DNA from: Pseudomonadota bacterium
Lineage (GTDB): Bacteria; Desulfobacterota; Desulfobacteria; Desulfobacterales; JBDRRP01
Length of the DNA stretch: 37,600 nt
NCBI GenBank assembly: GCA_043825735.1
Contig: JBDRRP010000101.1
Coordinates: forward strand, 1-37,600
Direction: 5' to 3'
Each line of letters begins with the position of its first letter. Within the stretch, counting starts at the first letter, position 1. The position numbers and the translations under genes were made by a program. Below the pieces are notes generated by a model. That model saw only the letters and a list, made by a program, of their open reading frames with translations, was not told where the DNA came from and did not search any database. Shown piece after piece: positions 18,400 to 28,082 of this stretch.

Positions 18400-19008
18400 T
18401 TGGAACCTCTTGAAATAGAAGTCAAATTCCACACCCCTGCCGCTGAGACAATTCGCCAGCAGATTATTGCCATCGGCGCTGCAGGCCACGGCAGGGTCTT
18501 CGAATCAAATGCGACCTACGACGACGGAACACAGTCGCTCAAAGACCGCGGCATGCTGCTGCGCCTGCGGCGGACGCAAGACCTAAACACCCTGACACTG
18601 AAAGCGCCGGCAGCAACGGTCAGCAACGAATACAAGATCATGAAAGAGCTGGAATCGGCGATATCGGACCCCGGCGCCATCCACAACATTCTGGAAACAC
18701 TGGGCTTTCGGATCTGGCGCCGGTACGAAAAGTGGCGGGAGACCTTCCGCTTGGACGATGTGACATTTTGTCTCGACACCATGCCGTTTGGCGATTTCAT
18801 CGAGTTGGAAGGACCGGGAGGGCGCATTCGCGAAATGGCAGACCAACTGGGATTCAACTGGTCGCGCCGCATCCTGATCAATTATTACGGTATTTTTGAT
18901 ATCATCCGCGCGCAGCTCGCCCTGCCCTTCAACGACATCGCCTTTGATCGATTTCAGGGCATCGATGTGGACCTGTCGCGCTATCGCACCATGATGGAGG
19001 CCGGCTGA
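18400..19008 (+). CDS. CYTH-domain protein (class IV adenylate cyclase-like)
   Basis: EIEVKF, LRLRR, LTLK, YEKWRETF, FIELE. TTG start with GGAGA RBS. Confidence 0.88.
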   Translation: MEPLEIEVKFHTPAAETIRQQIIAIGAAGHGRVFESNATYDDGTQSLKDRGMLLRLRRTQDLNTLTLKAPAATVSNEYKIMKELESAISDPGAIHNILETLGFRIWRRYEKWRETFRLDDVTFCLDTMPFGDFIELEGPGGRIREMADQLGFNWSRRILINYYGIFDIIRAQLALPFNDIAFDRFQGIDVDLSRYRTMMEAG

Positions 19009-19169
19009 TGGCGCCGGCGCGCAAACCGCTACCCCAAAAAACCGAGCCCGCTGATGCACAATCATCGAGTTGACTCTAACCGCAGCGCCGAATGAGAACC
19101 ACGAAGAACACGAAGTGCTCGAAGCACACCCTGAAAACCATTCAATGGTCCGGGTAACGTCAAATCACC

Positions 19170-19928
19170 ATGATCCGCATCATGACCCTCAATTTGCGTT
19201 TCGGACTCGCCAAAGACGGACCCGACGGGTGGCACCACCGTCAGCAGGCGTATCCGTCGCTCTTTTCATCGTTTCCGTCTGATCTTTACTGTTTTCAGGA
19301 GGCCAACGACTTTCAGCTCAGGGCCTTGAGCGCATGGCTGCCAGATCACCGCCCCATCGGTATCCGCCGTCCGTCCCCGCCCTTCTGGCAGCACACCCCC
19401 ATATTCTTTCCGAAAACATGGCAACTGCTGGCCGCAGAACACATCTTTCTCAGCGCGACCCCTCATGTGCCCAGCCGGCAGCGCAGCAGCAGATGGCCTC
19501 GCCAGTGCACTATCGGCGAGTTCAGAGTCGGCACGCACCGCCTTCTCTGCGTCAACACCCATTTTGACTTTGCACCCGAAACCCAGCGGGAAAGTGCACG
19601 CATCATCGGCGAACGCCTTCAGCGATATCCGCAGAGCGTGCCCTGTATCGTCGTTGGAGATTTCAATGCCCGGCCGGGTGGACGCTGCCACCGGCTCATG
19701 ACCGGCGGCGGGTGGGTGCCGGGGCGACAATTTCAATCCGCTTTTGGTGCGTCATCACCGGGCTCTTTCCATGGTTTCAGCGGCGCGGCGGCGGAAAGGC
19801 ACATCGACTGGATTCTTTATGACGGCCCGGTGCGGGTCGTCTCGGCCGCTGCGGTCACACAGTCCTTTGAAGGAATCTACCCCTCGGACCACTTCCCCAT
19901 GATAGCCACGCTGGAGCAGGTCGAATAA
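19170..19928 (+). CDS. Endonuclease/exonuclease/phosphatase (EEP) family protein
   Basis: MTLNLR, FQE, NTHFD, GDFN, IDWIL, SDHFP. Confidence 0.92.
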   Translation: MIRIMTLNLRFGLAKDGPDGWHHRQQAYPSLFSSFPSDLYCFQEANDFQLRALSAWLPDHRPIGIRRPSPPFWQHTPIFFPKTWQLLAAEHIFLSATPHVPSRQRSSRWPRQCTIGEFRVGTHRLLCVNTHFDFAPETQRESARIIGERLQRYPQSVPCIVVGDFNARPGGRCHRLMTGGGWVPGRQFQSAFGASSPGSFHGFSGAAAERHIDWILYDGPVRVVSAAAVTQSFEGIYPSDHFPMIATLEQVE

Positions 19929-19980
19929 AATCTGAGTGTCCTCGGTGGCCTCCGTTGGGCTGCTCCGCTGTGGAAAGAGA

Positions 19981-20094
19981 CACTGCGTGTGAACCACGAA
20001 GGCCACGAAGTGCACGAAGAAAACCTAAAAATAAGTGTGTTAGAAACACCTTCGTGTCCTTCGTGAACTTCGTGGTGATCAAAAACGTCGGGGG
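19981..20094. repeat. ~110-bp inverted CACGAAG-triad element, copy B
   Basis: Reverse complement of 4322-4435, including the flanks GTGTGAAC and GTGATCAAAAACGT. Confidence 0.92.
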
Positions 20095-20158
20095 TTATGT
20101 GGCATCGGCACTGCTACTTGCGTTTTGTGCATAAGCAGGTTCGGAATTTCTGTAGCCC

Positions 20159-20488
20159 TCAGCTCAAGCTGGTCACGTCGGCATTGAGCACGCCGCCCGC
20201 TTCGACCATGAAATATTTACAGGTGACTTTACCGGAACAATTGCCGGTGGCCAGTATGATCAGCACCTGGGTCGCCACTACCTCCCCTTCAAAATAGCCG
20301 CCGATGGTCATGCGGCTGACTTTCACGTCGGCGAATACGCGTCCTTCCCGCGCGATAACGAGGGTCTCTGCCTCCACGGTGCCACGCACTTCACCTTTCA
20401 CCACCAGGCGCCCCTTGGTACTCAGTTTCCCGTCGACACTCAGTTGCTCATCGATGATGGAAACATCCATTTCCGGTTTCTGACTCAC
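20159..20488 (-). CDS. Bactofilin (polymer-forming cytoskeletal protein, CcmA-like)
   Basis: SIIDEQLSVDGKL..GRLVVKGEVRGTV..GRVFADV..IGGYFEGEV..GGVLNA beta-helix repeats. Confidence 0.88.
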   Translation of the reverse strand: MSQKPEMDVSIIDEQLSVDGKLSTKGRLVVKGEVRGTVEAETLVIAREGRVFADVKVSRMTIGGYFEGEVVATQVLIILATGNCSGKVTCKYFMVEAGGVLNADVTSLS

Positions 20489-20491
20489 GAC

Positions 20492-22333
20492 TCAATTCCT
20501 CGCAAATGACAAGTGCACACTGCCCAGTTCCATACCGCCGCGCCAAACCGTCATCAGGTAGTCCCGGGCGGTCAAACGGCCCGGATCCACCGAAAGTCGA
20601 ATAGGCTCGTTAATGAGCATCCGCCGGTCGGCGTCTCCCGGAGCGCTGACCAACACGCTGACGCCGTCATTGCCGGGGATGTTGGTCCGAACATCCACCA
20701 GTTGTATCGATTGCCCCGGATCCAGGGTGGTGACAGAACCCGGGAAAAGGGGTATGTGACGGCCATCGCCGTTGCCGAGGAGAATGTATTCCAGCCGAGG
20801 GGTCATCACCTCGATAAACAATCTTCCCAGCTGATCGTCCCCGCTGGTGGTAAGCACCTGGAAGCGGGTGCCTTCAGGGTTGAGCGCATAGCGCTGCCAC
20901 AGATCGCTGCCGCTGTCGATGACAAATCCCCTGTCTTCACCGGTGTTGGTCCGACGGTTGCCCACGAATCCTTTGACATTGACCACCACCTGGGCCGAAT
21001 CGTGGGTGCTGGTGAAGACATCCACGATTTCGAATCGATCGCCTTTGATCAGATGCAGGGTGCCTTCGTTGGGAATCAGCTGGGCCTCACCGTTACGGCG
21101 CACTTTGTATACCAGCTCCGGCCAGGAGCCATCCGGCACCCGTCGCCGGATGCCGTTGCCGCCATCGACCGCGGCGGATAGCCCTGGTGTCACCAGGAGT
21201 TTGATGCCCCCGCAGGGATAGTTGTCCTTGCGAACGACGATCTCCGTAGTCGCGTTGACCACCACCGGGCGCCGCAGGTCGTTCATGGCGCCGAGACCGA
21301 GAATGTCTGCCGACATCCCGCGCTCGTAATTGGCTTCGATATGGGACACCGTCACCGTATCGTTGGCGGCGATATTCAATTGCTGGTGATTTTTCACCAC
21401 CACCGGCAGTGCGTCGTTGACAGCCACAACGAGATAGTCCAGCCTCGGCGTTTCCAGTCTGAGCCCCGGTGTTTCGGGCACCACATCGAAGGCCTGCATA
21501 AAGGCGTTGACCGCCAGATTGTGCTGATAAACCTTGTCCTCCAGAGACAGTGATTTGCTCGTTTCAATCCCGAACGCCGGTATGCCGCAGACGGTCAAGG
21601 CATAGTAGGTGGCCGATTTGCGCTGTTCCTTATGCCGGGAATCCGATTGTGTGGTCTGGTGATTGTTGAAGTGAAAATGGTGCTCCGGATCGGAGATGCG
21701 TCGGTTGATGGTCTCGCACACACGCCGGGCGATGTCCCCCAGGGCAATGCGGCGCCCGGTGTTCGGGTCGGTGTAAACGTCTTCGTCGGCGATAATTGAC
21801 TGGCCGAATTTTTGGGGATTGCGTTCTTCATTCACCCATGTTCCGGCATAAAATCCCGAACCATCGTGAAGATTGAGCAGGCAGTCGCTGTCGGCGATCA
21901 GGCCCTTGAGGATATCGACCACCTCGGCTTCGTAGATCCCCGGTGTGGCGGTTGAAAACTGCCGGTTCATATCGACATAGACCCCACGGCGATTTTCGAT
22001 GATGGACCGCCAGTTGGCTCGCGGCACGACGATGAGGCTGCCCTTCTCCAGGCTGATATCCGCATAGTGGTCCACGGAAAGAAACCCGCCCGGCTCATCG
22101 CCTTGAATGCCGCCGATGAGCATGATAGTGGTCCCTGCCTGCTTGCCATTGATGCGGTATATGTTGAGTTCGTGGTCGGAGCCTTCGAAATAGACGGTGT
22201 GGACACGCCCCTGGGCTTGCGCCGGAGATGCGCTTGCCCAGCCCGCCAGCAATCCGAATATCAGGGCCGCCAGGGCCGCTGGCCACCGCGGCACGGCCCC
22301 CTTTCTCTTCATGTGCTCAGATCTCGCCATCAT
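20492..22333 (-). CDS. Csd4/Pgp1-like M14/M99 metallocarboxypeptidase with long C-terminal extension
   Basis: Signal peptide, GGIQGDEPGG, DMNRQF, LNLHDGSGFY, NPQKFGQSII, FGIETSK. Confidence 0.85.
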   Translation of the reverse strand: MMARSEHMKRKGAVPRWPAALAALIFGLLAGWASASPAQAQGRVHTVYFEGSDHELNIYRINGKQAGTTIMLIGGIQGDEPGGFLSVDHYADISLEKGSLIVVPRANWRSIIENRRGVYVDMNRQFSTATPGIYEAEVVDILKGLIADSDCLLNLHDGSGFYAGTWVNEERNPQKFGQSIIADEDVYTDPNTGRRIALGDIARRVCETINRRISDPEHHFHFNNHQTTQSDSRHKEQRKSATYYALTVCGIPAFGIETSKSLSLEDKVYQHNLAVNAFMQAFDVVPETPGLRLETPRLDYLVVAVNDALPVVVKNHQQLNIAANDTVTVSHIEANYERGMSADILGLGAMNDLRRPVVVNATTEIVVRKDNYPCGGIKLLVTPGLSAAVDGGNGIRRRVPDGSWPELVYKVRRNGEAQLIPNEGTLHLIKGDRFEIVDVFTSTHDSAQVVVNVKGFVGNRRTNTGEDRGFVIDSGSDLWQRYALNPEGTRFQVLTTSGDDQLGRLFIEVMTPRLEYILLGNGDGRHIPLFPGSVTTLDPGQSIQLVDVRTNIPGNDGVSVLVSAPGDADRRMLINEPIRLSVDPGRLTARDYLMTVWRGGMELGSVHLSFARN

Positions 22334-23259
22334 TCTCCGATATCCTGGTCTGGGGGGGGGCCCTGCGCCACCCGGATGTCGAAAGACTTCTCCATGAGCA
22401 ACTCTCCCTGAAGCGAATAAACCAGAACGGCGGCGTTGTTGAACGCCTCGGTAGCCGCATCGTAGGGGGTGCTGAATTTAACGATGTTGAATCGCGAAAT
22501 AGAAAAATACCGTCCGTTTCGCACCTGGCTCGGACGGCCTTCTTCCAGGGGCACTGCGGGCATGGGCAGCCACCGCACTGTCGCGGCAGCTTTCTCCTTG
22601 AGTATGACGAACGTTCTGCCGGTGATCGCCCCCTGGTCGGCATCGACTTTTTTCAACATGAACTGGGCATGCATCATATGGTTGACAACATCATGGGTCA
22701 CCCGCAGGTCTTCCACATCGACCCCCAGGGCCTCGGTGGGGGTCGGTACCACCGCTTGAGGAACCGGTGCCGGCGCCGGAGTCTTCACCGATCCGGGAGA
22801 ACCCGTTGCGGCGACCTTGCCCGGCGTTGCCGGCACCACCTTGGCCATTTTGGGCGCCTTTTCTTCACTGGCTTGAGCCGCCGGTACCTGCGGCGCTTCC
22901 GGTGCCGGCGCTTCGGAGGCGAGGGCCTTGCGAGAGGCGGACACCACCATCCGGGCCATCATCAAATCTTTTTCCGCCTTCACCGCTGCCAGCTGCTCTC
23001 GCACTGTCAAGAGCTCCCGCGCAAGACGACGATTTTCATGTCGGGGGCTCCTGGACGCAAACCATAACGTGCCGGCAGCGGCCAACGCTGCCGCCAGCAG
23101 CGTAAAATAAAACACCGCCCACGCTTTGAAACGGCGGAAAGTGATTACTTCGCCATTGTCACCCACAAACAGCAGCGTCCACCGTCTATTTCGCTTGGGG
23201 GTGGGCGTATTGCCGATACGGGTTACGTCCCGCTGTATATCTCTCGGAATATCTTCCAT
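22330..23259 (-). CDS. Hypothetical single-pass membrane protein (TM, coiled coil, Pro/Ala linker, beta-rich C-terminal domain)
   Basis: 309-aa ORF that overlaps both neighbouring genes. Confidence 0.75.
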   Translation of the reverse strand: MEDIPRDIQRDVTRIGNTPTPKRNRRWTLLFVGDNGEVITFRRFKAWAVFYFTLLAAALAAAGTLWFASRSPRHENRRLARELLTVREQLAAVKAEKDLMMARMVVSASRKALASEAPAPEAPQVPAAQASEEKAPKMAKVVPATPGKVAATGSPGSVKTPAPAPVPQAVVPTPTEALGVDVEDLRVTHDVVNHMMHAQFMLKKVDADQGAITGRTFVILKEKAAATVRWLPMPAVPLEEGRPSQVRNGRYFSISRFNIVKFSTPYDAATEAFNNAAVLVYSLQGELLMEKSFDIRVAQGPPPDQDIGE

Positions 23260-24569
23260 TGATGTTTTTCCATTCGAAGGTGAAGGGTTTTACGCCCCTC
23301 AGATCGATACCGATTGGAAGCATATCGCTGCGTAAAAGTTACCACCGCCGTATCACCGGCCACCCGGTAGGAGATATCTTTTGCTGAGACCTGAATGCTG
23401 GAGTAGGTTTCATTGAGCGACTTTTTATAGTCCAGCCATTGGCGTTTGGTCATCTTCTTTGACATAAACGTCTCGGCATAGCAGTCGCCGTAGGCGGCGA
23501 TGTCCTGCGCCGACCAGGCCGCCAGCCATTGTTCTACAAAAGCAGCGAGACGGGCCTGAGCGCCGTCTGACTGCTTGAACCAACGGGTCGCGCTGATCAG
23601 AGGGATGGCGCCATCGTCGTCGGCGCGATCTGCGTCAATGCGATGGTAGTCGTCCCCGACGATGCGCATGCCCCCATCGACCTCCCGGATATAGAGCGTA
23701 CGCCACCCGGCCGGCCGCTGATGCGGCCCCACCTGCAGGGTCTGCCGAAAGGCTGACACAAGCGTGCCCTGATGCCGGTAAAGGGATACGCTGTCGAGTA
23801 GAATAGCAACATCTCCGATGCTGGCGGCGGTTCGTCTGAAGTCCTGCCAATCGCGCCACCAGTCGATCGGAGGAAGATAATCCGGATCATACAGTGCCAG
23901 ATACTGGTGATAGGAGCCGGAGGTCAAGCGCTGCCCCCATGTTTCAACAAAATCCAATAGCCGGGCGCGAAGGGCCGAGGCACCTTCGGAATCCACATAG
24001 TGCAGGGTTTCAGCCAGGAGAATGGGAGTGCGTTCCAGATCTATGAAAGCGGCCAGGTTGTCTATGTCGGCATTGTTCATGGCCACGCAACCGTTGGAAT
24101 CGTAGGGAACCAATGGACGGTCCGTACCATGCAGCCAGATGGCAAACCCGTCTTTGCCTTCCTGGCGGTCGATCACATTCGGATAGTTCAGCGGATAGGC
24201 CCGGGTTCCGTATATGGGGGCAAGCTCGCCGTCGTTGTGATGATCGGTAAAAAAATAGACGCCTTCGGGGGTTTTCATGTCGCCCGAGACCCATTTGTCG
24301 CCATTGGCCTTGCCGGTGGAACACGGATATCCGGCGATTTTCTGGAATGCGCCGTCGTAGCGGTACACCGACAATGTCTGGGTGGACTTTTCCACGATAA
24401 TGGCGTACTCCGGCGCCGCACCGGGCGCAGTACTCATAGAGATGAGGATGTCCGGCACCGGCGCTGCCCAGAGGCCCCCCGAAATACTTAAAAGAATGCC
24501 CAAAAGGGCAAGTACCACGCGGCCTGTTTCCGGGAGAAACCGTGTCGGCGGCGCAGCCGATGGTTTCAT
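23223..24569 (-). CDS. YkuD L,D-transpeptidase/carboxypeptidase with two NTF2-like domains (Csd6/Pgp2-like)
   Basis: GDMKTPEGVY, LNYPN, IWLHG..SNGCVAM, then W.AAWS.QDI..Y..CY..F ... FTQRYAS..Y.S.G.KTL ... WKIFRE. Start trimmed to ATG 24569. Confidence 0.87.
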   Translation of the reverse strand: MKPSAAPPTRFLPETGRVVLALLGILLSISGGLWAAPVPDILISMSTAPGAAPEYAIIVEKSTQTLSVYRYDGAFQKIAGYPCSTGKANGDKWVSGDMKTPEGVYFFTDHHNDGELAPIYGTRAYPLNYPNVIDRQEGKDGFAIWLHGTDRPLVPYDSNGCVAMNNADIDNLAAFIDLERTPILLAETLHYVDSEGASALRARLLDFVETWGQRLTSGSYHQYLALYDPDYLPPIDWWRDWQDFRRTAASIGDVAILLDSVSLYRHQGTLVSAFRQTLQVGPHQRPAGWRTLYIREVDGGMRIVGDDYHRIDADRADDDGAIPLISATRWFKQSDGAQARLAAFVEQWLAAWSAQDIAAYGDCYAETFMSKKMTKRQWLDYKKSLNETYSSIQVSAKDISYRVAGDTAVVTFTQRYASNRYRSEGRKTLHLRMEKHQWKIFREIYSGT

Positions 24570-24618
24570 CGTGCATAGACCTTTATCGTGTTGTCTCATC
24601 ACTGGAGCGGCGCTCTTT

Positions 24619-25659
24619 TCAAAACATCCGTTGTTGTATGGAAAATCCAAGATGCCGGTAGGCGGTCTCGGTGGCTTTTCGACCCGAAGATGTCCGCACA
24701 ACCAGTCCGGTTTTCAGCAGATAGGGTTCCACCACATCGACCAGGGTGTCGGTTTCTTCCTGAAGCGTGGCCGCAATGGCCTCGATGCCCACCGGTCCGC
24801 CTTTGTAAAATTCGATGATGGTGCTCAGATATCTGCGGTCCAAAGGCGTCAGTCCCCGCTCGTCGACCCCTTCCAGCGCCAGGGCCTCCGCTACCACTTG
24901 CCGCGTCACCTGTCCGTCGGAGCGCACCTGGGCAAAATCCCTCACCCGCTTGAGCAGCCGGTTGACGATGCGCGGCGTCCCTCGTGAGCGCTTTGCCAGC
25001 TCTTCGGCGCCGCCGGCATCGATGGGGATCGCCAACAATTCAGCGGAACGACGGGTGATGAGCTGCAAATCTTCGATGCTGTAGAAATCGAGCGTCCGGA
25101 AGATGCCGAAACGATCCCTGAGCGGCGCCGTCAGCAGACCGACTCTAGTGGTAGCCCCCACCAGCGTGAAGCGCTTCAGTCGGAAGCGATGGCTCCGGGC
25201 ATGCATGCCTTTATCAAAGACAAAGTCCACTGCAAAATCTTCCATGGCCGGATATAAAAACTCTTCGACGGTTTTGGGTGTGCGGTGAATTTCGTCGATA
25301 AACAGGATGTCGCCTTCTTCTAGATGGGTAAGAATACCGAGAAGATCGCCCCCCTTTTCAAGTACCGGGCCCGAAGAAACGGTAAGGGCACTGCCCATCT
25401 CGTTGGCGATGATATGCGACAAGGTGGTTTTTCCCAACCCCGGTGGTCCGTGAAAAAGGATGTGCTCCAGCGGTTCGCTTCGGATACGGGCGGCATCGAT
25501 GGCGATCTTCAGCGTTTCGACCACGTCCGGCTGGCCAACGTAATCGGCCAGCAACTGGGGACGCAGGGAAAGCAGTTCCGGTTCGGCGTCTTCCACCGTA
25601 GGCTGCCCGGCAAGAATGCCCGGAGATGAAGAGCGATGGGTGAGGATGTCGTCTGTCAT
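24619..25659 (-). CDS. ruvB: Holliday junction branch migration helicase RuvB
   Basis: [44 protein letters not shown]. Confidence 0.98.
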   Translation of the reverse strand: MTDDILTHRSSSPGILAGQPTVEDAEPELLSLRPQLLADYVGQPDVVETLKIAIDAARIRSEPLEHILFHGPPGLGKTTLSHIIANEMGSALTVSSGPVLEKGGDLLGILTHLEEGDILFIDEIHRTPKTVEEFLYPAMEDFAVDFVFDKGMHARSHRFRLKRFTLVGATTRVGLLTAPLRDRFGIFRTLDFYSIEDLQLITRRSAELLAIPIDAGGAEELAKRSRGTPRIVNRLLKRVRDFAQVRSDGQVTRQVVAEALALEGVDERGLTPLDRRYLSTIIEFYKGGPVGIEAIAATLQEETDTLVDVVEPYLLKTGLVVRTSSGRKATETAYRHLGFSIQQRMF

Positions 25660-26273
25660 TCGGAAGTCTTTTTGCGGTAGATAGCGTCAAACAGCTGCTC
25701 GGCGGTGATGATACCGGGCTGCCGCATCAGGGCGTCGGCGATTAGCTGGCGCGCCTCGGCAGGCCGGTGTCCCAACTGCTCGACGAGAACGGTCTGAACG
25801 AGCTGATGCTGAGCGTCGGGCAGCGCGATTGGCGCAAGGGCCTGCCCAGGCAGCGCCATGAACCGATCGACTTTTCCCTCCAGCGTTGCCACAATCTTTT
25901 GAGCCGTGCGCTTGCCGATCCCGCTCAATGTGGCGAGCATGCCGACGTCCTTGTTTTCAATGGCCGCGGCGACCTCGGCCACGGGCCGCGTCAAGGCCTT
26001 GACCGCCTTCATGGGACCGATGGCCTCGACGGTGATAAACAGCTGAAAGAATGCCTTGTCCACCTCATCCCGAAAACCGATCAGCACCGGTTTTGGTTGA
26101 CGCTCGGTCTGATGGTAATAAATATACAGAGACACGCTGTCTCCGGCGGTTTTAGTGGCCAGCTCGGCACGCACCGAAACGGGCAGCATCACCTCATAGC
26201 CCACCTGGCCCGCCAGCAGAATGAGCCGTTCGTCATCCATGGCGAGGATGCTGCCTTCAAGATAGGCGATCAT
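25656..26273 (-). CDS. ruvA: Holliday junction binding protein RuvA
   Basis: [34 protein letters not shown]. Confidence 0.95.
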   Translation of the reverse strand: MIAYLEGSILAMDDERLILLAGQVGYEVMLPVSVRAELATKTAGDSVSLYIYYHQTERQPKPVLIGFRDEVDKAFFQLFITVEAIGPMKAVKALTRPVAEVAAAIENKDVGMLATLSGIGKRTAQKIVATLEGKVDRFMALPGQALAPIALPDAQHQLVQTVLVEQLGHRPAEARQLIADALMRQPGIITAEQLFDAIYRKKTSE

Positions 26274-26791
26274 CGCAGGGGTCCCCCGGATCGTTGGCAG
26301 ATCCTCGCGGTGGGTGCGGGATGTTGCCGGTACAAACCGATGAGGGCCAAACCCAGCGCATCAGCCGCATGGGCGGGCCGCACCGGCTCAGGAGCACCGA
26401 GGAGCCGACGCACGTTTCGCTCCAGTTGGGCCTTGTCGGCGTTGCCGTTGCCGGTCAGCACCTGTTTGGCCTCCCGCACCGCCACTTCGAGCATGGGGAT
26501 CTGCGACTGGCTGCCGGCCAGAAGAATAACCCCACAGACCTTGCCCAAGGTGATGCCGGAGCGCGGGTAGACATCCAAAGAAAATACATCTTCAATCACC
26601 ATCAGATCCGGGTGCTCGTCTTCGATAAGGCTGCACAAGCGGCTGTAGATGCGGGCCAGCCGACTGCCCGTATCGGTGTTGCTTCGGGTGTGGATACAGC
26701 CGTAAGAGTATCCCTGTGGTCGCATGCCGCTGCCCCACACGAGCCCCACTCCGGTCGAGGCCAGTCCGGGATCGATACCCAGCACTTTCAT
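26270..26791 (-). CDS. ruvC: Crossover junction endodeoxyribonuclease RuvC
   Basis: VLGIDPGL..TG, IEDVF, K..LTGNGNADKAQ, AADAL. Start trimmed to ATG 26791. Confidence 0.96.
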   Translation of the reverse strand: MKVLGIDPGLASTGVGLVWGSGMRPQGYSYGCIHTRSNTDTGSRLARIYSRLCSLIEDEHPDLMVIEDVFSLDVYPRSGITLGKVCGVILLAGSQSQIPMLEVAVREAKQVLTGNGNADKAQLERNVRRLLGAPEPVRPAHAADALGLALIGLYRQHPAPTARICQRSGGPLR

Positions 26792-26865
26792 GAAGCCGCC
26801 TCGGTGGCATGGTGGTTCAGTGTCATCCCCTCTCCCCGCCGCCGTCTCTGGGGATTTGCTTATTC

Positions 26866-27088
26866 GTGCCCATCCACAAATGGCATCTTTGCCTTTGAAA
26901 CCCTGCGCTTCGCTGAGCAGCCAGCCCCCGGCGGCGTACTCGCTCATTTGCAATCCTCGATCCGCCGCGGCGGACCTGCGGTTGTCGGCCAAAGCCCTGT
27001 GGCGGACTCGGGCCATCCGCCGTCGCCAAAACAACGGCTTTGGCGGACAGGTGCCGGGAACCAAAATCTAACACCTGTGGACGGACAC
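26866..27088 (+). mobile_element. Hairpin element, copy 3 (expanded, 223 bp)
   Basis: Same termini GTGCCCATCCACAAATGGCATCTTT ... GAACCAAAATCTA..TGGACGGACAC. Abuts the cpoB stop codon. Confidence 0.78.
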
Positions 27089-27951
27089 TACTTGAGCCGA
27101 TCGAGTATTTTTTTCGCGATGGCCGCTTCGTTGGTGTCCGGATATTTTTTCACCAGTTCAGAGAGAACCAGCCGGGCGTTGGTGGCATCCTTCAACTGAC
27201 TGAAGGCCAACCCCTGTTTCAGCAGCGCCGCCGGCACCTTGTTACCCTTAGGATAATTCTTGATCACCTTGTGGTATTCGAGAATGGCCTTTTCGTACCA
27301 TTTCTCCCGGTAAAACGTCTCGCCGATCCAAAACTGCGCGTTGTCGGCCTGGGGGGCATCAGGGTATGCCTTGATCAGGGCGTCAAAGCCCTGACGAGCG
27401 GTTTCAAGGCTGCCATTGTCATAAGCCTGCTTGGCCAGATCATACATGTCTTTTGCAGAAAGAGATGTTTTTTGTTTCTTCTCGTCGGCATCCGCCACCG
27501 GCGGAATGCCCTTGCCGCCAGTATCGGTTTCTGGCTCCAGGTTGAGATACTCCTCGATGCGCAGGGTCTGCGCCCGAAGCGCCGCCACCGCCTCGCTCTG
27601 TTTTGCGTCCGCGCTCTGCCTGGCCCGTTCGGCCCCTTCCAATCCTTTCAGTTTCTCATTGAAACGGTGGTCCAGCTCGTCGATACTGCCGCGCAAGCGT
27701 GCCATTTCCTCGTCGATCCGGGCCAAAGATGCGCTAAGTCGTGCGGTCTGCTGGCGCATTTCCTGATTGCGCGCTGCCATGTCTTTTTCCAGATCATTGA
27801 TCCGCGACTCAGTGGTACGACTCGACTGCTGTGCATTTTGCGCCACCGCCTGCATGCGGTCGTCCAGGGTGTGCACATCCTGTTGTGAAGCACACCCGTA
27901 AATAGAAGCCGCCAGCATCGCAGCGACAACGACGTATCGGGCGTCTTTCAT
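27088..27951 (-). CDS. cpoB: Tol-Pal system protein CpoB/YbgF
   Basis: Lipobox-like YGC, coiled coil, TPR (ADNAQFWIGE, YPKGNKVPAALLKQG). Lies downstream of pal. Confidence 0.92.
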   Translation of the reverse strand: MKDARYVVVAAMLAASIYGCASQQDVHTLDDRMQAVAQNAQQSSRTTESRINDLEKDMAARNQEMRQQTARLSASLARIDEEMARLRGSIDELDHRFNEKLKGLEGAERARQSADAKQSEAVAALRAQTLRIEEYLNLEPETDTGGKGIPPVADADEKKQKTSLSAKDMYDLAKQAYDNGSLETARQGFDALIKAYPDAPQADNAQFWIGETFYREKWYEKAILEYHKVIKNYPKGNKVPAALLKQGLAFSQLKDATNARLVLSELVKKYPDTNEAAIAKKILDRLK

Positions 27952-27984
27952 GGGCTCTCACCCCCTGTCAGAAACATCGGATGG

Positions 27985-28018
27985 AAAAAAAACTTGCCCG
28001 CCGAAACGGCGGGCAAGT
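27985..28018 (-). terminator. pal terminator
   Basis: ACTTGCCCGCCG-AAA-CGGCGGGCAAGT stem with a poly-T tail on the minus strand. Confidence 0.85.
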
Positions 28019-28082
28019 GGTCTTCTGACAAATCGTCACCATCGGCTCGGCGCTAGACGGTAACGATGCACGAGTGTGCGGC

